In this document: one piece after another, positions 11,881 to 23,200 of the stretch
Layout: every line of letters begins with the position of its first letter
How positions within the stretch are numbered: the stretch's first letter is position 1
Origin: Eledone cirrhosa
Lineage: Eukaryota
Length of the DNA stretch: 64,000 bases
Assembly (NCBI GenBank): GCA_964016885.1
Contig: OZ024740.1
Location: forward strand, 41,664,001 to 41,728,000
Direction: 5' to 3'
Made by a program: the position numbers and the translations under genes
Notes under the pieces: generated by a model
Told to the model about the DNA's origin: nothing
What the model saw: the letters and a program-made list of their open reading frames with translations, nothing else
The model's database searches: none

Positions 11881-12480
11881 ATCCGAGTGTAAACACCTAG
11901 CCCAGATTCACTATAAAGGCTGGAGACATGATGTGATAGGCAGGGAGATCCACTGGCATCTATGCAAAGTAAACAATTTACCACATTCTGAGAAGTGGTA
12001 TGAGCATAAGCCAGAGTCGGTGATAGAAAACGATCAGGTGAAGGTGCTATGGGATTTTATGATACAGACGGACAATAAATTAGAACACAATAGGCCTAAC
12101 CTGGTGGTTTTGGACAAGGAAAAAGATCATGTCTGATTGTAGATGTAGCCTGCCCATTTGACACGAGAGTGCAAGAAAAGGAGAGGGAGAAAATTAACCG
12201 ATACCATGACTTAAAGTGGGAGGTAAAAAGGATTTGGAACTGCCATGAAACCAAGGTCGTCCCGATTGTCATAGGCGCACTAGGTACTCTCTCAAAGAGT
12301 TTCCAAGGATGGTTAAAGAAGATTAGTCCAGCCCCGCTTTTTGGAACACTTCAAAAGGCATGCTTGCTGGGAACAGCAAGAGCCCTCTGATACGTCATGA
12401 ATATCTGAGGCTGCAGGTAGCGGCTTGATATTCATTTCAACAAACTTTCCAGTTAAATAACATCAATGACTGAGACTCAA
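11881..12480 (+). mobile_element. Severely 5'-truncated second copy of Dong/R4 family A (RLE domain + 3' UTR)
   Basis: Colinear and highly similar to 2747-3346 (ATCCGAGTGTAAA... to ...GACTGAGACTCAA), with its own stops and frameshift; followed by a degenerate (AAT)3 at 12486-12494. Confidence 0.95.
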
Positions 12481-12494
12481 AGAACAATAATAAT

Positions 12495-13510
12495 GAAATT
12501 ATTGTGTACAGTGCTCAGGTGCACTACAACCCATCAAAGGTGCATGTATAGTACATAGAATAATATACAAATGTCAGGGAAGTGAATAGTGTATGAGTCA
12601 TGATATACATGTGTGCGTGTGTATGGAAGGGGGACATCAGGTGTAGTGTTGGCGAATCTCAGGAAGCACGGAGGTTTTAAAGGATGCAGTGTCTCGGCAG
12701 CTAACAACTGACGCAGGCAGTTTGTTTCATGCTTCAGCAACCCTGAGCGTGAAAAAATGTTTCCGAAAGTCATGGGAGCTGTGCTATTTTCTGACTTTGT
12801 GGGCATGCCCACGTGTGTTAGACACATGGAAATCAAAAAGGTACTCAGGGTTGTTGTTGGCAAGATGGTTAATAATTTTGTGGGTATTTGCCAAGTCAGT
12901 TGCCTGACGTCGGAGCTTCAATGTATCCATTCCCAGGGAAGCAAAGCGTTTAGAGTATGGTAGATGCCTTATAGATGGTATTCGCTTGATTGCACGTCTC
13001 TGAACAGTTTCCAGGCGGTCAATGTTCTGAGCAAGAAAGGGGTTCCAGACTGGTGATGCAAATTCTAAGTGTGGCCGCACCATAGCTTTATACAGCTTTT
13101 AACAGATATCTGGAGAGCGGCTGACAAAAGTCTTGCTGAGTGATGCTAAGACACCCTCGGCTTTCTTGACAATTTTAGAGACGTGCTTCGCCCAACGCAA
13201 ATCGCTGCTGACAGTAATGCCCAGGTCACGTTCACAAGAAGACTTCTTGATATTAGTGTTGTGGAGGTAGTATGTGGACGTTGGGTTTTTCCTCCCAAAA
13301 TGCATGGTGGTACACTTGTCCACAGCCAACTTGAGTTGCCAGTCTGTGATCCATTGCTGCATTGTGTCCAGATCTGATAGCAGGAAAGATCTATAGTGTT
13401 AAGGATCTGTCCTTTTTATCTCAAGGTACAGCTTGATGTCATCTGCATATTTCAGTACTGTGGCATTCTTTAAGTTGGCATCTATATCATTAATATATGC
13501 CACAAACAAA
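12495..13510 (-). mobile_element. CR1-type LINE 3' fragment (RT C-terminal half + 3' UTR), 5'-truncated
   Basis: Minus strand reads LFVAYINDID...KYADDIKL, ERDLGITVSSDLRW, MVRPHLEFASPVWNP, LETVQRRA, TRGH, with in-frame stops; ends with a small stem-loop and an ATT tail. Confidence 0.88.
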
Positions 13511-13979
13511 ATATTAGTGTTGTGGAAGGAGTATTAAAAACAAAATGAGATTCTTTTGACTAGACAAACATCTTCTACAAAATTGTAGAAAATGAATTTG
13601 TAATTTGTGATTTAAGTATCTATACTGAGCTGAAAGTGAGTGAAATGAATGAATAAGTGGAGTGAAGTGGTTCAAAACAAGGATTGAAAGAATGACGTCT
13701 TAGTTGTCTGCTTCCTGCCTTTTAGGAAATATTCTGATTCCAAGAAGGAATTATTTCATTTCATTTACGTCTGATACAGTCTCCAAAGATATGGACATTA
13801 CAGCTTTCCACATGAATAAATGAGTAAAAATGAAAAAAAAAATATTTTGTGTTTTCATACTAATATGAGGAACCTTTATTATCTACTTCCATTTTTACTT
13901 TCACATAACATTTCTGCCTGACAGCTTAACAACATTACATACTCTCTTTGAAGAAAAACAAAACATAAGAAACAAACAA

Positions 13980-13980
<1 letters not shown>

Positions 13981-14068
<88 letters not shown>
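13981..14068. repeat. (CA)n microsatellite, ~44 units with one interruption
   Basis: Seen directly. Confidence 0.99.
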
Positions 14069-14070
<2 letters not shown>

Positions 14071-15650
14071 CTCCACACACGCAATGAACAACAAAAAAAA
14101 AATGAAAAAATCGACACAAACCATGAATGCTATATGAAATTGTTAAATTACATGGAAACGCTGGCTAGCTTAAAAGCAAATTCAACTTGATACTCGTGTC
14201 TCTTTATATTTCTGGAACAAATATGCCTTTTTTTTTCTATTGTCTCTACAGTGACGTGACATGTCTTATTTCCCTAGTCCGGAAAGTAAAATACCTTCTT
14301 TACTATATATATATATATTACTTGAAGAGATAACTTCCAAACCATGTTTTCAACCACTTTCATTGACTTACCATCAACTTTTTTGTTTATTTCCTGTTTT
14401 CCTTGTTTTCCCAATAAACGAAGAAAGCGGCAGATGCTGGTGACAAATAAGCTTCTTGAAGATATTCTCTTGTCTACGTCCAGTTACTGTCTCATCGAAG
14501 ACAATATGTTAGTAGTTATATTTTTTGTTTTTATTACATTGTTTATAATGTAGCCAATTAAGCGTTGAATTCTATTCTTACAGGAAATTCAGTATTGTCA
14601 TTATGGAATTGCATTGTTAGACAAATTGATATAAAAGATCTAGGGAAATTACAGAATGGTGGGTTGACAGCAACATGTGCTTTCTATAAGAGACGATAAA
14701 ATTGAACCTGTTTTCTGAGTGGTTTTACAGTGTAGTGCTGCAAAATAAAATGAATATTGAAAAGTGATCTGTGAATTGAACAGTTGTAATAGCGAGCCTT
14801 TTAAGCAATTGCGTCATAGTAACACCACTTAAGCTTTCGTCTTCATGCAATACATCTGAGTAAATTAACTTAGCAGTATCCCTTTCTCTCTCCCAGTTGT
14901 ATCGATGGAAGGAGTGGATCTCAGCACAGATAGCTAAAGGAACTTTTGTTAGTTTTACTGCTCACTTACTGTTATTAGTGGTGAGCTATTCCAGTCATTA
15001 TTACCTGTTTACTGTTGTTTGGCAGACATACTGTGACTCTAGCAACACAGTATAAATTGTCGATCTTTCGATTGTAGCTCGGAAACCGATCAATTCCGAT
15101 TGTTGCTGTTTAATCTTAAATCAACGCAGATAAAGAACATCTATGGTCATCTCGTCTTTTTTCCGGTATTGTGTATTTAAGATTATATTATTTAATCTAT
15201 TCTCTCCCTTTTTTAAATCATGATTTGGCTATTATTTCTAGCAGGCCTACCGACTATACCGAGGTTCATTTGTTGGCTCAACGAGACCTTCCCTAGATGG
15301 TTCTTTTAAAACCAGTTGAATGCTTTGATGTAAAGGGAAATGCTAACTGAGATAATGGTAAAATATGAAAAGAACTCAAAGAGAAATTGAGTTGAGATGA
15401 AAGTTGGATTTATGATTTGAAATGTTCATCGACCCTGCTTAACGTGAACCATAAAATAATAATAAACGAGGGTAAAAAGATAAGGTTTGATTGACATCCA
15501 AACGAAATTTCCGGCTAAAGACTGCCTACATCTGTTGGTCTATGGGAAAAGAAACGTGATCGATGGAAAGTGTGTGTGTGTGTGATGGAATGGAATAGTT
15601 GAATATATAATGTAAACTAATTAAAGTTTTCAGAACGTTTTATGACGCAT

Positions 15651-15690
15651 TCTTTTGCTTGCACGGAAATTCTTTTGCTTGCACGGAAAT
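15651..15690. repeat. Perfect 20-bp tandem duplication (TCTTTTGCTTGCACGGAAAT x2)
   Basis: Seen directly. Confidence 0.95.
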
Positions 15691-15756
15691 TATTGAACAA
15701 AACCGTTCCTTATTTAAAAGAAATCTTATTGACTCAAAATTATTATTTTTTTTTTT

Positions 15757-15858
15757 ATTAATAAATCATTTGCATTGATAAAACACTTTCATTCAAAAGA
15801 CAGTTTTATTGATAAAACATTTTCATTTAAAATACAATTTCATTAATAAAACATTTTC
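15757..15858. repeat. Degenerate 17-bp minisatellite, 6 units (consensus ~ATTRATAAAACATTTTC)
   Basis: Units: attaataaatcatttgc / attgataaaacactttc / attcaaaagacagtttt / attgataaaacattttc / atttaaaatacaatttc / attaataaaacattttc. Confidence 0.85.
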
Positions 15859-17334
15859 GGTTTACATGAAAAAGGATAAGTGACGTTGTAAAAATTATAT
15901 TATTGAAAATGAAACTGCATCAAATTTGGTTGATATTGAAATTGGTGACTTTTAACCCATTCAACTACGAAATAATATGGTGAAGACCTGACAAACAACA
16001 GAGAAAAGGTAGAGATCATTGGACACTTTTATGTATATACTATTTGCTCTTGACGAACACTCCTTTTGGGAACAAAGAATTCTGACTCCAAATATTTTAA
16101 AAATCAAAACCAAAAGACAGTAAACGACAGAAGAATAGAATAAATAATATTAAGCTGATTTGAGCATCTCTTTCACTGAAGATTTTTTTATTTTTGATTA
16201 CATTTAACTGTTTTAAACCTGTCTCAGATACATTTGGAAAAATAATTAATTCATGTAATTAATTCTCTTTTCCTTATAAGTTAAATTCCTAATAGCATCT
16301 ACCGTCATTTAAAAAAACCCTAACGGACTAGCAATTTTAAATATATCACGAAACGAGGCAAAGATAGCGCCAGAATCCATCAACGTCTGGCAATTTCAGA
16401 TTCTTATCTGGTAAAAAGAAAACACTACACAGCAATACCGTTGTATATCATATCAAGTAACAGAATCTGTATTTCATCCTAGATATTCGTAAAACTAAAT
16501 TGCCGAAGAATATTTGTCTAAGGGACAATTTCAAACTAAGTCACCCAATAAGTTACTTCTTATTCACCAGACAGTTATGTAAATATTATTGTTATTATAT
16601 ATTCTTATTTAATAGCTTAGTGAAATTAAATTAGGAACAAAATATTTTGTATATTAAATACATTTCTTGAATGAAAAATTAAAGGATATTACTACATATA
16701 ACGATTAAAATACAAGAAATATTGTTATATGTAGATTTTATACTTGAAAGTAAGACCGTCATAAAAACCAATATTTTCTGTCCACTGCGAGATTAGTATA
16801 TTATCGCCCTCTATAGTCTATACAAATTCAGACAGCCAAACTGGACTGTTATAAAAAACATGTACATCATATAATTTAAGTTTAAAAAAATATTCTGTGT
16901 AGTGCACTGTGAATAAATGGATTAACCCAAGTGGTCAGTGCATGCATTGTTATATAAGTTAAACAGTTTACCTGTATCTGAGTTTGTATACCTTATATAT
17001 AATTTTAACTAATCTCTGTGGGGAGAGATATTTTACCTAATGAAGGCACAACAAGAAACAGGTCAGATCGTTCCAATTTTTTTCTGTCCATGGTGATATA
17101 AAACCTGTAGTTTAATTTATCTGTTTATTTTTCATAACGAAGCTAAAATCGTATGTTGATAAGGCAAGGTATATTGTACATTGCAAGATATCCTAAAGCA
17201 CTATGCAGTGCACTATGAATTAATTAAACCACGTCACCATCGCTTTCTTTGTTATGCAAATTAGACAAACCCGTTTAGATGTGTCTGAGTTTTATAAACT
17301 ATTATTTCTGTTATCAATGATTTGCAATACTTAC

Positions 17335-17525
17335 TCGTGTTGCAAGATGGCTGTGTGAGGAGTAGCAGGAAGAGGTGCTCGCCACAGTGGCAGTAGTAGC
17401 TAACTCAACGGCCTAAAGAAACCCGTCTCACCATTAATTCCAAACATGAAAAAATGCTAAAAAAATGGTGGCGGTGTTGGACAGGATGTGTACTGCCTCA
17501 ACTGATGTAAGGACTAAACATGTAC
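17335..17525 (-). other. Candidate 191-bp exon or pseudo-exon
   Basis: GC-richer island bounded on the minus strand by a T-rich tract + CAG|G acceptor (AG at 17527-17526) and A|GTAAGT donor (17334-17329). No frame is fully open. Confidence 0.35.
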
Positions 17526-20290
17526 CTGGTATTAAAGACCGACAATCAAATAAGACGAAAGAGCTGGTGCATTGCGCAACTGTCCACAAACTAGTGCATT
17601 ACTCACCTATCGGCAGACTGTTGCGTTACACGCCTGTTCGCACACTGGTGCATGACACACCTGTCCATAGACTGGTGCATGACACACCTGTCCATAGACT
17701 GATGCATGACACACCTGTCCATAGACTGGTGCATGACACACCTGTCCATACACTGGTGCATTACACACCTATCCATAGACTGGTGCATGACACACCTATC
17801 CATAGACTGGTGCATGACACACCTATCCATAGACTGGTGCATGACACACCTATCCATAGACTGGTGCATGACACATCTGTCCATAGACTGGGGCATGACA
17901 CACCTATCCATAGACCGGTGCATGACACACCTATCCATAGACTGGTGCATGACACACCTATCCATAGACTGGTGCATGACACACCTATCCATAGACTGGT
18001 GCATGACACACCTATCCATAGACCGGTGCATGACACACCTATCCATAGACCGGTGCATGACACACCTATCCATAGACTGGTGCATGACACACCTATCCAT
18101 AGACCGGTGCATGACACACCTATCCATAGACTGGTGCATGACACACCTATACATAGACTGGTGCATGACACACCTATCCATAGACTGGTGCATGACACAC
18201 CTATCCATAGACTGGTGCATGACACACCTATCCATAGACCGGTGCATGACACACCTATCCATAGACCGGTGCATGACACACCTATCCATAGACTGGTGCA
18301 TGACACACCTATACATAGACTGGTGCATGACACACCTGTCCATAGACTGGTGCATGACACACCTGTCCATAGACTGGTGCATGACACACCTATCCATAGA
18401 CTGGTGCATGACACACCTGTCCATAGACTGGTGCATGACACACCTATCCATAGACTGGTGCATGACACACCTGTCCATAGACTGGTGCATGACACACCTA
18501 TCCATAGACTGGTGCATGACACACCTGTCCATAGACTGGTGCATGACACACCTATCCATAGACCGGTGCATGACACACCTATCCATAGACTGGTGCATGA
18601 CACACCTATCCATAGACTGGTGCATTACACACCTGTCCATAGACTGGTGCATTACACACCTGTCCATAGACTGGTGCATTACACATCTGTCCATAGACTG
18701 GTGCATGACACACCTATCCATAGACTGGTGCATGACACACCTGTCCATAGACTGGTGCATTACACACCTGTCCATAGACTGGTGCATTACACACCTGTCC
18801 ATAGACTGGTGCATGACACACCTGTCCATAGACTGGTGCATGACACGCCTGTCCATAGACTGGTGCATGACACACCTGTCCATAGACTGGTGCATTACAC
18901 ACCTGTCCATAGACTGGTGCATGACACACCTGTCTATAGACTGGTGCATTACACACCTGTCCATAGACTGGTGCATGACACACCTGTCTATAGACTGGTG
19001 CATTACACACCTGTCCATAGACTGGTGCATGACACACCTGTCCATAGACTGGTGCATGACACACCTATCCATAGACTGGTGCATTTCACACCTGTCCATA
19101 GACTGGTGCATGACACACCTGTCTATAGACTGGTGCATGACACACCTGTCTATAGACTGGTGCATGACACACCTATCCATAGACTGGTGCATTACACACC
19201 TGTCCATAGACTGGTGCATGACACACCTATCCGTAGACTGGTGCATGACACACCTGTCTATAGACTGGTGCATGACACACCTATCCGTAGACTGGTGCAT
19301 GACACACCTGTCCATAGACTGGTGCATGACACACCTGTCCATAGACTGGTGCATTACACACCTATCCATAGACTGGTGCATGACACACCTGTCTATAAAC
19401 TGGTGCATTACACACCTGTCCATAGACTGGTGCATGACACACCTGTCCATAGACTGGTGCATGACACACCTGTCCATAGACTGGTGCATGACACACCTGT
19501 CTATAGACTGGTGCATTACACACCTATCCATAGACTGGTGCATGACACACCTGTCTATAGACTGGTGCATGACACACCTATCCATAGACTGGTGCATGAC
19601 ACACCTGTCCATAGACTGGTGCATGACACACCTATCCATAGACTGGTGCATGACACACCTGTCTATAGACTGGTGCATGACACACCTGTCTATAGACTGG
19701 TGCATGACACACCTATCCATAGACTGGTGCATGACACACCTATCCATAGACTGGTGCATGACACACCTGTCCATAGACTGGTGCATGACACACCTGTCCA
19801 TAGACTGGTGCATGACACACCTGTCTATAGACTGGTGCATTACACACCTATCCATAGACTGGTGCATGACACACCTATCCATAGACTGGTGCATGACACA
19901 CCTATCCATAGACTGGTGCATGACACACCTATCCATAGACCGGTGCATGACACACCTATCCATAGACCGGTGCATGACACACCTATCCATAGACTGGTGC
20001 ATGACACACCTATCCATAGACTGGTGCATGACACACCTGTCCATAGACTGGTGCATGACACACCTGTCCATAGACTGGTGCATGACACACCTGTCTATAG
20101 ACTGGTGCATTACACACCTATCCATAGACCGGTGCATGACACACCTATCCATAGACTGGTGCATGACACACCTATCCATAGACTGGTGCATGACACACCT
20201 ATCCATAGACTGGTGCATGACACACCTATCCATAGACCGGTGCATGACACACCTATCCATAGACCGGTGCATGACACACCTATCCATAGA

Positions 20291-23200
20291 CTGGTGCATG
20301 ATACACCTATCCATAGACTGGTGCATGACACACCTGTCCATAGACTGGGGCATGACACACCTATCCATAGACTGGTGCATGACACACCTGTCCATAGACT
20401 GGTGCATGACACACCTGTCCATACACTGGTGCATGACACACCTATCCATAGACTGGTGCATGACACACCTGTCCATAGACTGGTGCATGACACACCTATC
20501 CATAGACCGGTGCATGACACACCTATACATAGACTGGTGCATGACACACCTATCCATAGACTGGTGCATGACACACCTCTCCATAGACTGGTGCATGACA
20601 CACCTGTCCATAGACTGGTGCATGACACACCTATCCATAGACTGGTGCATTACACACCTGTCCATAGACTGGTGCATTACACACCTGTCCATAGACTGGT
20701 GCATGACACACCTGTCCATAGACTGGTGCATGACACACCTGTCCATAGACTGGTGCATGACACACCTGTCCATAGACTGGTGCATTACACACCTGTCCAT
20801 AGACTGGTGCATGACACACCTGTCTATAGACTGGTGCATTACACACCTGTCCATAGACTGCTGCATGACACACCTGTCTATAAACTGGTGCATTACACAC
20901 CTGTCCATAGACTGGTGCATGACACACCTGTCCATAGACTGGTGCATGACACACCTGTCCATAGACTGGTGCATGACACACCTATCCATAGACTGGTGCA
21001 TGACACACCTCTCTATAGACTGGTGCATGACACACCTATCCATAGACTGGTGCATGACACACCTATCCATAGACTGGTGCATGACACACCTGTCCATAGA
21101 CTGGTGCATGACACACCTGTCCATAGACTGGTGCATGACACACCTGTCTATAGACTGGTGCATTACACACCTATCCATAGACTGGTGCATGACACACCTA
21201 TCCATAGACTGGTGCATTACACATCTATCCATAGACTGGTGCATGACACACCTGTCCATAGACTGGTGCATGACACACCTATCCATAGACTGGGGCATGA
21301 CACACCTATCCATAGACTGGTGCATGACACACCTATCCATACACTGGTGCATGACACACCTGTCCATAGACTGGTGCATGACACCCCTATCCATAGACTG
21401 GTGCATGACACACCTGTCCATAGACTGGTGCATGACACACCTATCCATAGACTGGGGCATGACACACCTATCCATAGACTGGTGCATGACACACTTATCC
21501 ATAGACTGGTGCATGACACACCTGTCCATACACTGGTGCATGACACACCTGTCCATAGACTGGTGCATGACACACCTGTCCATAGACTGGTGCATGACAC
21601 ACCTATCCATAGACTGGGGCATGACACACCTATCCATAGACTGGTGCATGACACACCTATCCATAGACTGGTGCATGACACACCTGTCCATAGACTGGTG
21701 CATGACACACCTGTCCATAGACTGGTGCATGACACACCTGTCTATAGACTGGTGCATTACACACCTATCCATAGACTGGTGCATGACACACCTATCCATA
21801 GACTGGTGCATTACACATCTATCCATAGACTGGTGCATGACACACCTGTCCATAGACTGGTGCATGACACACCTATCCATAGACTGGGGCATGACACACC
21901 TATCCATAGACTGGTGCATGACACACCTATCCATACACTGGTGCATGACACACCTGTCCATAGACTGGTGCATGACACCCCTATCCATAGACTGGTGCAT
22001 GACACACCTGTCCATAGACTGGTGCATGACACACCTATCCATAGACTGGGGCATGACACACCTATCCATAGACTGGTGCATGACACACCTATCCATAGAC
22101 TGGTGCATGACACACCTGTCCATAGACTGCTGCATGACACACCTGTCCATAGACTGGTGCATGACACACCTATCCATAGACTGGTGCATGACACACCTAT
22201 CCATAGACTGGTGCATGACACACCTGTCCATAGACTGGTGCATTACACACCTGTCCATAGACTGGTGCATGACACACCTGTCTATAAACTGGTGCATGAC
22301 ACACCTATCCATAGACTGGTGCATGACACACCTGTCCATAGACTGGTGCATGACACACCTATCCATAGACTGGTGCATTACACACCTGTCCATAGACTGG
22401 TGCATGACACACCTGTCTATAGACTGGTGCATGACACACCTGTCCATAGACTGGTGCATGACACACCTGTCCAGAGACTGGTGCATGACACACCTGTCCA
22501 TAGACTGGTGCATGACACACCTGTCCATAGACTGGTGCATGACACACCTGTCCAGAGACTGGTGCATGACACACCTGTCCATAGAGTGGTGCATGACACA
22601 CCTGTACATAGACTGGTGCATGACACACCTGTCCATACACTGGTGCATGACACCTATCCATAGACTGGTGCATGACACACCTATCCATAGACTGGTGCAT
22701 GATACACCTGTCCATAGAATGGTGCATGACACACCTGTCTATAGACTGGTGCATGACACACCTATCCATAGACTGGTGCATGATACACCTATCCATAGAC
22801 TGGTGCATGACACACCTATCCATAGACTGGTGCATGATACACCTGTCCATAGAATGGTGCATGACACACCTGTCTATAGACTGGTGCATGACACACCTAT
22901 CCATAGACTGGTGCATGATACACCTGTCCATAGACTGGTGCATGACACACCTATCCATAGACTGGTGCATGACACACCTGTCCATAAACTGGTGCATGAC
23001 ACACCTGTCCATAGACTGGTGCATGAGACACCTATCCATAGACTGGTGCATTACACACCTCTCCAGAGACTGGTGCATGACACACCTGTCCATAGACTGG
23101 TGCATGACACACCTCTCCATAGACTGGTGCATGACACACCTGTCTATAGACTGGTGCATTACACACCTGTCCATAGACTGGTGCATGACACACCTGTCTA

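Noticed and set aside
13879-14124. Cys-Val repeat ORFs
   Set aside because: Translations of the (CA)n microsatellite.
14261-14553. Short plus-strand ORFs of 60 and 69 aa
   Set aside because: AT-rich, low-complexity hydrophobic translations with no recognisable domain.
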